From Takakia lepidozioides (Eukaryota; Plantae; Bryophyta), in assembly GCA_030704615.1 (NCBI GenBank), contig CM060732.1:69688001-69752000 (forward strand): 64,000 bases of DNA, given 5' to 3'. The notes under the pieces were generated by a model. It worked only from the letters and a program-made list of their open reading frames with translations, searched no databases and was not told the DNA's origin. Positions 1 to 12,513 of this stretch are shown here, piece after piece (position 1 is the first letter of the stretch; every line of letters begins with the position of its first letter). A program made the position numbers and the translations under genes.

Positions 1-64
1 AGAGAGTCACTATGACCTCACCATAAACCTACAGATACTCTGAAGCAGACGTTTTTTGAGTTCT

Positions 65-3000
65 ATGATTGCTCATTTGGTGGGCTGTCCTGTTTCCAGA
101 AGGTCAAGGACATCCAGCGAGCTTGACAGGGATCCAGGTTGCAGCAGTCCTTCTGCCACACCCAGAAATGTAACTCCTTTAACATCCCTGACACCATTGA
201 AATGGAAACCTTCCAAGCGAGAAGAAGATGCAGGGAAGGGCTCCAATCAAGGAATGTCAGGCGAAATTATCCGCGATAACGAAGAGCTCTCTGGTTCTGA
301 AGAAGTGACAACCCATGTGCTAGATGAGCATGTAAGAGAGCAGCAGCGGTGTATGGAGCCAAGCAGTGGCCAAGGTGTGGACTGTCAGACCAAATCATCA
401 GATGAATCTTCACTAACAAAGGGGCAGCAGGGCACCGAACCCAGCAGTGATATTGAGTTTCCTTCTCTTGAGAGGTAAGATTAAGGATACATCTCTCAGA
501 AGCCCTTCAATTGTACATAGACAGCTCGACGCTAAAACTCTGTAGAATCTCCAGCACACACACATACCATACAAACTTAGCGGGACTAAACTCTTATTCA
601 ATGAACCTCCAGGCACCTTGGCAGCTAATTGTCAATACACTTGTATGTGCTGGGTGCAGAGTTTGAACCCATCAGGTGCCTTTGCATAGAAGCCAGCAAA
701 GATACAATCCGTAATATGAAAAAGAACTTAACATCATGTTGTTACAAAAAATTTACAGCAATGCACACTGAGATGCACGCTGCTTTGTGTTTTTCAACAT
801 CCTCCATCATAGGTGAACAAAGACAACTCATAATGATGGTGCAGAGTAGAAGGAAGTGGTCATCCTGAGCTGTTCTTCTTAGTTTTTTCAAGATCCCTGC
901 TGAATGATGCAATGAGCCAAGTCTTCTATAAAAGCGTGTGTCCCCATTTGCCTTTGAACAGGCAGTTCGACTATGTTTTCAAACCAAACTCAAAACTTGG
1001 GCTGGTACTCGGGTATCTTGCGTAGGAAGCCTTCATTGGGGGAAGACTCATCCACCATGACCATTGACTTTTTACGAGCCAGGCTCTTGTCAGAGCGTGC
1101 TTCATCGAAGGCTGCCAAGCATCATGTCCAGCTGCTTGAAAAGAAGGTCAGGTCCAATTTCACTGTCATGAGATGAGGGAAGATCAATCAGGTCTCAAGT
1201 TGAAAAGTCTATTAGATGGTTTTTAGAGATGGTTTAGGTCTAGCTCCAGCTTATAATCTGAATTCAACCCTAGGTTTTGTGGGTGGACACATAAAACTTT
1301 TTTTATACTTTAGCGACACCAAAGCATGTAAGTTAGGATATCACATCTGACCTTTTCCATTTCAGGTGATTGAGCTGGAGCACAAATTGGAGCATGCGAT
1401 TGAACTGAGGAAAAAGGCTGAAGCAGCTGCAGGAGAGGCTATCTCCAAGCTGAAATCTGCAGGTTAGTGATTGCCTTTGGTGAATGTAGAAGTGGACCTG
1501 CAGAAGTATCTGCAGAAGTGGATGCAACCACCAGAATTTGAAGTGAATTGAAGTATTCACATAGGATAGGTAGAACTGTTATTCCTGTCACTGCATACTT
1601 TGGCCGTCACCTAGAAACTTGAAGTTGTTCCCAACTGTTGGCAGCCATTTTTACCTCACATTGTCCGACTTGAGTTCAAAGGCTTTTCCTTGGTCTTGCA
1701 AAGACCTGGGCCCTATCACTTCAACACCCCCTGATATTTGTTTTGTTTGCAGTGACAAGTTAAAGGAAAGATGCTAAAATCTCCAGCAAACAACTGCCTA
1801 CCATCACAACCGAACCAAGATATCAGGCATTAGGATACCAGAAAGTGTAGTTGTCATGGTGGATGCTGATCTGACATAGAACTGTGTTAATTCAAAGAAT
1901 CTTCCTGTGGGTGGTTTTGGAAGTTGTACTTCATAGCAAACCTAAATTTGACACATGCTTAATCTCACTGGCTTCAGGTCTTTCGACAGAGGGAGCAATA
2001 GATATTGGTAAGAACACAAGAATTGCTTCTCAAACTCGTGACCCTGCCTTCGGTGTCACAGCTGAAGCCACCCCACCAGAGACAAGAAGAGAACTGGTGG
2101 CATCAAGGTCCAGAACTGGTTTGGATCAAGGCAAGGAAGATTCTGGGCAAGATGGGGCCAGTTGTGAGGGTTCTCAGAGACTAAGCTCAAATGGAGAGTT
2201 GAGTCGGGGGAAAGATAATAGCTCGCCTTTGCACCAGCCGCTGGCAGTCTCGGGGGCCAACAGAGAGGAAGGTGTGGTCAAATCAGGGGCAACTGACAGT
2301 CATCTTGAGCTTGATTCAATATCTGAGACACCAAATCGATTAATCCAGAGGCAAGTGACGAGGTAGATCCTGTTATCCATGTCTCTTGTTGTTTGCTTCT
2401 GTGGATTGTGTGTTTGCAATGGCTTGAGATGTTCCAATTGCTGGCTTTTGTGAGATAAGCAGGCTGGAGGGAGAAAAAGGGATGAGCGGGAGAGACGAAA
2501 ACTTCTCATATGTCTGATTTGGATCTGTTAGGCTTAACAGGGCTGCTACAGAGGAGCGACTGCGCAACATGTGGAATCAAATTAGTGAGGAGATGGTAGC
2601 CCTAGCTGAAGATCGAAGCCAAGAGGAGTTGATCCGTAAGGAGCTTATGAGTTGGATGGGGCAAGTGCCAGCTGTTCTTCAAGACATTCTCCCCAAAGAC
2701 ACAGGGACTACTGGTGAAAAGAAGCAAGTTGGTGGCAAAAATCCTGACCTTAGTCGTGAGAACTCTGGAGTTCAGGATGTGTCACCTCAGCTGGTAGATG
2801 AGCAAACGGAGGCAGGTGTTTCCAAGGGAGATGTCGGCAATGATAGAGAAGGTAGCAAACAGTAAACCCTATGTCTGTTCTAGTACTGGCACTGATAACA
2901 TAGTTTCTGAGGATTTCACTCTGGAGCTCATTTGTCCTCTTCTTGGCTTCCCTCAAGGTCTTAAATGAAGATCAAAATCTTCCAAGCATATGATTACTTC

Positions 3001-6000
3001 TGTCTTTCTGGCTGCTGATTGTCTATGCCCTCCTTGCTCACCCTAGTTAGTGGCGCTAACGAAATGGCTGGCTTTAAGCTCCCCTTTCTTTGTGTTGATC
3101 TGTGTCTTACCTTCAATTTTGCTCTGCTCAAAGTTCTTGCTGGTAAGTGATTATATTCTTTGCTTGGATGCTTTCTAGTCTTGACAGGCTGATTTTTAGC
3201 TTACCAGATTTCAATCACTCACTGATTGACACTCAATGGACCAGATGAGAATTCAAGTGTTAAGATGATTGAGAACTTTGAAAATAAAGGTTCGGAGCTA
3301 TATGATGATGCCAAGGAGGCACAGCGGATTGAGCGCTACAAAGCTGAGGAGATTGTGCAGTTGGAGTGGGAGCAAAACTACTATGCCCAACAAAAGCTCG
3401 AGCAGTTTAAGGTACTTGCCTTTTCGGGGTGCCTTGGGAAAACATAAGCCCTATTCCGTGTTTTGTATCCTCAGCATCCTTAGTAGGGCATCTTCTGGTA
3501 AAAGCTCTCCCTAGTAAATGTGAAAGGCAGGAATTGACTTCCTTCTTAACCACACTATTGGAGTGAGCCTTTCACGATGACAGTCGCTCAATTCTGATCT
3601 CCTCTAGTCCCCCTCTCAACTCTCCCCCAATTTGGGCTCCATCCACACAGATGCAGAGAAAAGTGGAGAGTTAAGACTAACGAGCGCAGAGTCTGTCTTT
3701 TCCTGCCTCTCTGCTGACATGACTTTACAGTATCACGGGGTAGTGGTGTTAGCAGAGGTATAACAAGATAAGTATTTCGTACCTAGCACGGGTATGGTAT
3801 CACCTATGCCTAATGCATTCAAATGTGGTCTGCTCAGTTCCACTTGCTGTCACAGTTTGTGGGATAAGTAGTGTGAGAGAGCTTCGTGTATGACACCAAG
3901 GTGTACAGTGTCCTTACAATGACACACAGCCTTACAACTGATGAGCATGTCTCCCAGGATGCTCTTTGTCCCTCTGTTACATTGTGTCTCTTGTCCAACA
4001 GGTGCTCTTCAGCATGCACTACTGACTCCTGTAGTTGCTGTGTGCAATTTGTCAACATTTTTAGAGGAACCATCAGTATATGCGAAATAGTGTCCCAACT
4101 ATGATATAATTTATCTTCACTTTGACAGGATGAAAGTGGCAACAATGGCAAAAAAGAAGCAGGTGCAGTGTGCACGAGTGGTGACATGGGAACACCCCTT
4201 CTAGGATCTCGACACTTGTCTCTCAGCTCACTAGATAAGCAGCAAATTGATCAGGAGGAGGGACCTTTAGCAAGTGTACAAACTAAGATGGTGAAGAGCA
4301 AAAGCACCACTGATTTTTCCCCCAGAGTTGGCAATGGGAAAGTAGATCTGCATGCTCCCCACTTTGATGCTCTGTATGCGGACTCAGAGACAATTGCGAC
4401 TGATGGAGAGAGGTTTTACGGACAAGTGTTGGGTGGGAAGACAAATGATGCAATCTACAGCAACAAGGAAGTGGTACGGCAGCAAAGGCAGGCAGGGGTG
4501 GCTAGGTCACCAGTTCCAGTCTATATGACAACAGGAGCATTTCGCATGCAACAGGAGCATTCAGTGATTGCCACCAGGGCCAGTGAAGCTGAAGGTCAGG
4601 TGTGGGCTGAGAGACGAATCGAGCAGGATCCATACAGCTTGAATCATGGTCAGGAGAGGAGAGGTGCCTTGGAAAGAGAAGGTGTGCACAGATCTCAGGG
4701 GCATCCTGGGATCAGATCTTCAAATGACATAGGTAGTGGTCTACTAGACTATAGTGGTAGGTCACCAAGATGGGATGCCTCAGGGGATGGCTCAGGCTGG
4801 GTCCATCAGCAAATGTATGAGGAGAGAGGAGCACACTGCCCGACTGGAAGGCCTGAAAATCAAAAGTTCCATAGGCAGAGAGAAGGCATGAGTGGAAGTT
4901 TGCCGCCAGATGCAGTGTATGGCAGTCATGGTTGGCATAATGAAGACTATGGGATAGGGAGCCGTCCACCAGAGGGGGTGCAAGGTGTACAGAGACAGCT
5001 GGGTTATGCAGCTGGGCACCTTGGCCCCATGCGATCAGAGCCTCCCCAAAGTGGTGTAGAGAATTATGAGATGCGTGGATCTCTTGAAGTATTGCAGTAT
5101 AGAGAAAGGCATAACAAATTTGACAGAGACATTGTGCATAGACGAGATACTCAAGCTTCTTTGCAGGTTTGTCCTCTGTTCTCTTTTGCACAGCAATCCA
5201 GAGAGCAGGACAGTTGCATCACACCCAGCCTAAAAATACTCTGCAAGAAGCAAATCATAGTTTTACTCAAAAGTCTAGGCTATACTCTCTTTCTGTCTGC
5301 AACTCCCCTCCCTCGAATAGGAACTTTCACACAACATACTAGGTGAGGTTTCATTGATGGTGGCAGGGTTTGTGATATTCCAGTTTCCTCTTAAGTGGAC
5401 GATTTTGTGTACTTTTCTCTTGCCATGACCTTCAGCCGTACATCTAAGTTACTTCTGAGCCTTAGGAATAGAGCGGTGTTTCTCCAGCAACCAAGACAAA
5501 TGTGAAGAGTGCTAACAAGTCTGTGTATCAGCATTCTAACAACTTACGTGACAATCATGGGGCCACAGGCAAACCAGAAGTCTAGGAGCCATTACTACAC
5601 CGAGAATCAAGGAGGATGGTCAGACATGAATGGGTACTTAAGGAGGGACCTCCCCTTCACCCCTGGATACCCAGCCTGGGCTCCCCAAATGAAAGATGCA
5701 CCAGTATCTCAACCTTCCATGGATGCTGCAAAGAGTAAAGTAAATGAAGTGCTGCGGGCATTACAGATTGCAAAGCAAAATATCCAACGGACAGGATCGG
5801 AGGAGAGCCCATTTACCACCACTATGAAGGAAAGGTAAGTTGTGAATGCCACTTCAATCCTACATTGTCTTATCCAAGATCTGCTTTCAGCAACTGCTTC
5901 ACATGTTTTAAGGGGCGGACAAACACCTGGGTTTGTGAGATCCTAGTCACTTGTGTAGAAGTAGGCTCATCTGGTGAAAGCCCTTCACCAGGATGAAATT

Positions 6001-6266
6001 CACAGCATTACCTGCTTTCACAGTCCCATCTGAAATTTTTTTGCAGGCATGGAGGAGATCAGCCACCTGGCAATGGAGGTGATCCACCTGTTAGGTACCG
6101 GGCACTGCCACTTGATGGACATCAGAAAGAGCAAACCAAGCTCTCTGAGGCCTATGTGTCAGGCCGGGCTTTGAATCCAGCGAGGAATTCATCTCCATTA
6201 GACAATGAACGCAGCAGCTATGTTGAAAAAATGAGTGTGGGAACAGGTATTCAGTTCTTCTTTTGA
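65..6266 (+). CDS. Uncharacterised plant coiled-coil/low-complexity protein (At3g52240-like family), 9 exons; 5' end uncertain
   Basis: Exons approx. (<=65 or 100)-474, 1026-1146, 1366-1462, 1978-2362, 2541-2851, 3245-3411, 4129-5166, 5569-5834, 6047-6266(TGA), with GT-AG boundaries. Blocks EDSSTMTIDFLRARLLSER..VIELEHKL..RKKAE, AQRIERYKAEE..LEWEQ and VLRALQIAK resemble the remembered TIEFLRARLLSER family. Confidence 0.75.
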
Positions 6267-8041
6267 TAAAGAGTCTTTGGTTCAAAAACCCATGGCAGCC
6301 CCTGATGTTGGTCAATGTGTGGATGGGGATGGGCATGCGGATCTGGGCGGCTTGCAACCTGCAGGTAACACATGTTGTTGATGCTCTTGGATAGTAAACT
6401 CTTGGGAACATTTCTAACAACTTTGTCAATGGTACAGATACACCATAGATAGTGTGATGGTCCTTCCATGCTCCACACTTCTCTAAGGTCACCAAAATGA
6501 GAGAGACAGTTGATGGAGACAGAGAGTCACTGTGCAGGCCGTTGGGTATTGAATGTACCTGTCTCAAGATGCCTGTACAGCATTGTCATTTACCATATTT
6601 TCCCACTTCTAGGATTTGTCTTTGGCTGTTGCATTGATATCTCAAACCTCCTGATTCTGGGTGCAGCTAGGATATTTGTTAACCAATTCCTATGTAGTTC
6701 TTCACCAACTTCCATACCTTGATGCAAGAAGAGTTATGCGAGTGTAAAATGGGTCCAGGTACATATACACACCAGGTAAGTATAATTGCTTTAAATCATG
6801 TGAACTAAATTAACTTACGTCATGTAGGTGTTCAAATGATCCTAAATGGATTCTAGTCCCACATTCTTGTGATGGTAACAAATATGAAATGCTAAAACAA
6901 AATGTTGTTTGTCTTTTTCTTTGGTTAAGGGAAACTGGGAGTGACAGCTCACAATTCAGGAGCGAGGAGTTGAACAGCATAGAGCACAACCAAGTTTACT
7001 AGAGTTGTAACACTCTGCAATCCCTTCCACTTACGCTGAGAAAATTTATACCCCACCCACACCTCCTTGTCATCACTTTTAAGTGTAAAAAATGTCCTGC
7101 TCTTTTCAAGCAACACTAACTTGAAATGCCAGAAGAGGGAAAAAAAAAAAAAAAAAAAGCCAGGAGCGGACCTCAGCATAATGATCCATAGCCACCACAG
7201 GATACAAACATACATGAGACAATGTTGGACAGTTTCCAAGATAGTACTTGTGAGGAGGGAATAGACTTCCCCCTTCAAGCCTTCTCTGCTCTAAATCAGA
7301 TTATTCACACATGATTGACAGTCACAGTTGGATGGACATTGTGTAACTACCTGATTTGCTTACCCACTTGATGCATTTATGCTGGCAACCCACTCAAGCA
7401 TGCTGGCAGTTCACAAAAATCCCGCAAAAATAAATCTCAGGGTCATAACACATAGGCAAGTGATAAATGAGGCCCGGGAGTTCAATGCTCCCTCAGCGGG
7501 CCTGCTTGCGTGGCCCCACCCCCGCCCTCCGCCCCGCACCCATCTCGCGGTGCCGCCGCGGCTGCCGCCCCCCAACCCCTCCACCCCCCGCCCCCGCGCC
7601 ATAACACTGTCATACAATCTCAGCACTGTCATTACTGTATTGCACACAACCCTCATGCATGCCCCATGAATGCAGGAAATAACAGCCATCGCATGGTGAC
7701 TTTCCGATCATACACGCACATGACTACTCAAACATACATATTCAAAATGTGAACGAGTCCTAGAGTACAGACACACTATATTGGAGTCCGTGAACATTCA
7801 AATTTGAGATTTTGAAACAGCATTCAATGTGCCTCCAAAACGGATGGATGTCATTTAGCAAATGACTGATTTCATCCAGCTGATTGATCACCTGTCCCCA
7901 CTGTCTTCGGCCCTCATTCTGTATCTCCGAACTTCCGGACCTCCTTCATCGCTTGCCCTTGTGTAATCATCAGTGTGTGACGAATTTGAAACACGGTACC
8001 TCTTGCTATCTCAGTGTGGTTTCACCTGCTTGCCAACAGAC

Positions 8042-8975
8042 ATGTCTGCGAATGAGAGAACTGAAGAGTTTCTCCCTCCTGTTGTGCCCCATTTGATCTC
8101 CATGCTTCGAAGCCAGGTGCAATCTCCGGCGCCTGGTGCTTTCAATCACACAACGTTACATTGGCGTCATCAGTGGCATGGAATCCCCGATGGAAGCGAC
8201 AATGCTGAAGTGGCCTACATTCCATGGGGGCATGTGAATGATTTCATAACTGGGGAGTCTTCCCGTCCTGATGGACCTTGCACTTTCCAGAAACGTCGGC
8301 AGAGAGGCTGTGCACAGGGATCCCTCCAAGCTCCACGCACCAACAGCGCCCTCAGTATTACAAGGTACGACGTTAATGGAAACACTTAAAGTATTGTTTT
8401 ACCTAAAATAGTTTCCAATGATGCTGACGACCTTGGTGAAGGAGTTCAAGCTGAACGCCGAAAAATACATGTACCATCATGTTTATCACCTTCTTCAGTT
8501 TGTATACAGTAGTACTATCCCAATTGCATGCCCCGAGCTATTGTCCAGAACTCTTTTAGGCGCTCCCCCCTTTTATTCTATTAATGCAAGATTCTTTCTG
8601 TTGTAGGTATCACTGCTCATTCGGGCCAGAGGACAAGACTTCTGTTGTCTTGCAGGTTACATCCGCCATGGCAGCGAAGAAGTGGAAACTGAAACCTCCA
8701 AAGAAGAAGGGTAGAAAGACACGAGTTGTTGCAACCGTTAAGGAGCAAAAACCCAAAGTATTGAGGACGTCCAAAACAAAACCTGGTGAAGGCATCAAGC
8801 GGGGATGCGTATGCCGATTTGCAGTCAAACAATGCTATTTGGACCCAGATATCGCAGAGGTTGTGTACTACGAGAAGAGGCACATTAATCATGCGGGAGA
8901 CATATCTCATGGGCCAGCACATGATTGTGGTCGGGTTGCCTTGGCCCCCACATCAGCGAAGAAATGAAAGCCTAG
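8042..8975 (+). pseudogene. Mutator-like transposase / SWIM zinc-finger family (At1g60560-like), N-terminal part
   Basis: Two exons (to ~8364, from ~8608): AYIPWGHVNDFITGES..CTF, YHCSFGPED, KRGCVCRFAVK..YYEKRHINHAGDISHGP, then APHISEEMKA after a frameshift. Confidence 0.75.
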
Positions 8976-9252
8976 GTATTGCATAATAAAATCAACCTTC
9001 CTAGGTTTGACATATTCTCCACAATACGACTTTATTAAAGATACTTGCTAAAGTCAACCTTCATAGGTTTGATCTATTCTTTACAATATGACTTTATCAA
9101 AGATTTGACCTACTCTCCATAATATAAATATCTTAGAAGTTTGACTTAAGAGCCTCAAGTCAAACTTCTTAAGATTCTTCCTAGTTATTCTGGAAACTTC
9201 TAGGGAACTTTCCTCTTCTATCTAGAACCTTCTATATTCTACCTATGTTACA
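8976..9252 (-). mobile_element. Inverted 5' part of the 5' LTR of the old Ty3/gypsy element
   Basis: On the - strand it begins TGTAACA at 9252, complementing the TGTTACA end at 10030. It shares ACTTGAGGCTCTYAAGTCAAAC and TCAAACCT..CATATTGT sub-repeats with 9884-10030. Confidence 0.7.
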
Positions 9253-9289
9253 GCTATTCAGCCTTGACGGCTTACATTTGCTGGTTTAG

Positions 9290-9883
9290 TGCCTGCATCT
9301 AAGGTCGCAGATCCGTGGCTTTGCACCTTGCGGTGATTATGTACGCGACTGGAATACCATTCAGCCACTCATCAAACACCATCATGGTGTACAAATGATA
9401 CTGCAAGAACAAGCATGCAACAGAATTGATCAGGAATACAGAAGAGCGAGGAGACCGGAAATTTGTGACCATGCAGAAAATAGTTGAGCTCTGTCCGCAG
9501 GCACATAGTGATCCTGGAACCAACCTTCTTCTCGTTTGTCCCGAATGTTGCATCGCATACCACTATTCGAGAATGTCCGTGATGCATCATTTGTTTTTTC
9601 TGCCATTCTTCTGTATGCCCAACACAAAAGGAAGGTCCAGTTTACGGCTATTCGAAGACCAAGCAAGATGATTGGACTCTTTCTGGTAGTAGAAAACACT
9701 GTCAGGGTTGGCCTCCACCCACATTCGCACATTGCGAGCATCATTTGGGTGTTTTTTAAACGTTTCATCATCACACTTGTTGGCAATGTTGCAGATGTCC
9801 CAGGAGAGCAGAAAAGTGTCACGATCTGCCTCCAATCCAGCTTCCATAGTTTTCTATACCCGCTGCATGTGCTTCGCCATTTC
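9290..9883 (-). pseudogene. Same Mutator-like gene, continuation into the catalytic MULE region, now inverted
   Basis: RDTFLLSWDICN..HPNDARNVRMWVE..VFYYQ..FVLGIQ, then DATFGTNEKK, an intron, and YHLYTMMVFDEWLNGIPVAYIIT; frameshifted. These motifs normally follow those of the + strand part. Confidence 0.75.
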
Positions 9884-10031
9884 ACTTGAGGCTCTCAAGT
9901 CAAACCTTTAAAATAATCATATTGTGAATGGTATCTAAACCTGCAATGAAAGCCTAGAAGGCATCGAGTTGTTTTGGGAAAAAGTTGAGAAGTACTTCTA
10001 TTCTAGTTTGTGTAGATCCTGGGTGTTACAA

Positions 10032-10044
10032 TGGTATCAAAGCC
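10032..10044 (+). promoter_or_regulatory. Primer-binding site (tRNA-iMet type) of the old Ty3 element
   Basis: TGGTATCAAAGCC one base after the LTR-terminal CA; one mismatch to TGGTATCAGAGC. Confidence 0.85.
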
Positions 10045-10156
10045 TAGTCTTTCTTAAAGTTGGGAGTGAATACCATCTTTAGGAGGAAACGATTAAGATG
10101 TTTTTTTTTAGAGATTTTTGTTGTTAATATTTTTAAGTGTTGAATAGATAGTAGTG

Positions 10157-10670
10157 ATGGTGCGCCATAACGATAATATAAAACTTTTATGGACTTAAAT
10201 CAACCTCCTTTCCGTGATTTTCCTTCGGAGTGTGAGTTTAAAATTATATGTCGTCGTAAAGCAGAAATTAGAGATATGATAGTACAGAGATTTGGAGAGG
10301 AACAATATCAAGAAGTGTTACAAAACCCACGACCTGTCGTCTTTCCTATAATTAGAAATTGGAAGGTATACATATGTGTATATACATAGCTCATGGATCG
10401 AGGTAGACATTTTTTGTCAATTTTCCACCGCCAAATGTATTTAGTATCAATGTGCGTGCCATCGACAAGCATCATCTTGTGAGATTTTTAGTTGCAGAAT
10501 TTGGGGTAGAATTCATGAACCTTGTCATGAGTTCAAACGTCTCTTTTGTATTACCAATAGTCACGTACGGGATGGTTTGGGATTGCACTATTTACATACT
10601 GTATTAGGATAAGAGAATAGAGATAATATACATCAATTTTAGAAGACAAACACCACGAAGGAAGGAGTAG
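10157..10670 (+). pseudogene. Decayed extra ORF (~170 codons) between PBS and gag, two tandem ~65-aa repeats
   Basis: Reconstructed with 2 frameshifts and 2 TAG stops; internal protein-level repeat; its stop lies 9 nt before the gag ATG at 10680. Confidence 0.6.
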
Positions 10671-10931
10671 TGAAGCAAGATGGCAGACAATGAAGAAATG
10701 GTAGACAACGCACACACTACTCATCAAGCCAATGATCAGACGGTGTGGATAATGGAGCGCTTACACGAATTGCAGAATGCTCTTGTCACGACCCAACAAC
10801 AAAACAACGTATTGATGGAGGAGCTTAAACAAGTGAGACAATCAACCGCCCCGGGACTGATTGCTGATGGATCGGGTACGTTGCTGCAAAAGATGACCAA
10901 CACATGCAAGGTCGAGCCGTATAAAGGAAGT

Positions 10932-11656
10932 TGTCGCGCACCTCACTTCGATAAGCTCCCCTTCAAGTCATAGTTACTCGCTTTGATGCGCGCGCCTGAC
11001 TCCCAACCTGGCCGCCCGGGCCAACTTGGAGCTTCGGCTGCTCACCGGGACATAACGGTCCCCCTTCGCTTCCCACTAAAACCCTCCACCTATTTGGGAC
11101 TAGGAGAATTCCCTTTGGTAGATGACAGTCCGGAACAGCTCCCCACTCTTTGGTCGCTTTCCGGCTCGCTCGCTTACTCACTAGTTTTTGGTCACCAACG
11201 GGCTTGCACCGTTCTCGGGTCACTACTCCCCTTATATATACTTCTGTAGCTGTCCGCGGGGTTTCACAACCAGCCATGCCATTTTATGGCGAACCACCAC
11301 GAAAACCCTCGACTCCCGGTGATGAGTCGCGGTGAGTTTTGGCCCACTCACTACGGCCCCTATGGACCGTGATGAGTCCCAAGACTCCCCACGACTCCCA
11401 CCACGAGGTCTCCGCCCCCATGGTGAGTCCTATGCCACCCCCACTAAGTCCCGCTAAGCTACCACCACCCTTGTGGAGCCACCCCACCGCAACCCGGTGT
11501 GCGGGGCTCCACCTAGTGAGCGCCTCTGCCTCCTTGGGTGCCTTGGGCACTCAAGGGTGCTTCAGCCCCCCATACCTATCGCTGCCGCTGCCCCCCCACA
11601 GGGGCAACCCCTCATGTGTCCCCGACCCCTTGCCCTCAAGGCAAAGGGCCGCGACA
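10932..11656 (-). repeat. 3' LTR of the nested chromovirus (725 bp)
   Basis: Direct repeat of 17129-17857; purine-rich tract TTGGTAGGGGTGTG adjacent on the - strand (11657-11670). Confidence 0.97.
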
Positions 11657-12513
11657 CACACCCCTACCAACAGGGAGTCGATGTCCTCATCGACTTGTTC
11701 ATTTTGTAGAAACGAACATCCAAGTTGTGGCGTCCCACATCAAGGAGTTTGTTTCCGTACCATGGCGTCCCATGGCAAAGAACCAAACCCCACACTTGAC
11801 TCTACTCTCCACTAGCTAGTTCGGCCGACTTCCTCCAAGTCCCGGCCAAGGGTGGAGCCTCTCCAGCTCCTCCCAGTGCACTCTTCTTGGGCCTACTTCA
11901 AGGCCAAGGAACGATCCTCCCGAGGATCGAATCGCCTTACTGCAACAACATTGCTTGCGATCGCTCATGATGCCGCTTTTGGCATCACCTTGAGCAAGGG
12001 TTCACCTGGAACCCTCTTTGACTAGGAAGATAACCTTGAACCAACCGTGCGCCCCAATCACTACAATTGGGTCCGCCTTGGAATGTGGCCTGAGTACGGG
12101 AACACGCCGAAGCCGCACTATGACTTCGTCCCGAGGCTACACGATTATAGTACGTGAACGGAAGCACGTAGCTTCCGCGTTAGCCCGCACTACAAGGCAA
12201 CCCCCTCGGTAGCGCAGTTATAGTACGCGCACGCGCCAGGTGCGCACTAGCACGTGAACTCCCAAAAAGGCGCAAGTTTCCTTGCCCCTTGGATGGGAGT
12301 CACCCGATTTCGGCACTGCGCAAACACACGATTAACCCAATTTACCTCTCCCGCTTTTGTAAGCTAGTATGCCTTCTACACACTAGCCAACCATACCATG
12401 CATTGCCATTCCAAACAAAAATAGGAAGCACAACATTTTGAAACATTTCATTTAAAGCAAATTTTGTACAATACAAGTTTTTGCAATTGGAATCCTGAGC
12501 TAGCTAAGCCGGG

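Noticed and set aside
10963-12212. ORFs within the LTR and 3' UTR of the nested element
   Set aside because: GC-rich chance frames that are not preserved between the two LTRs.
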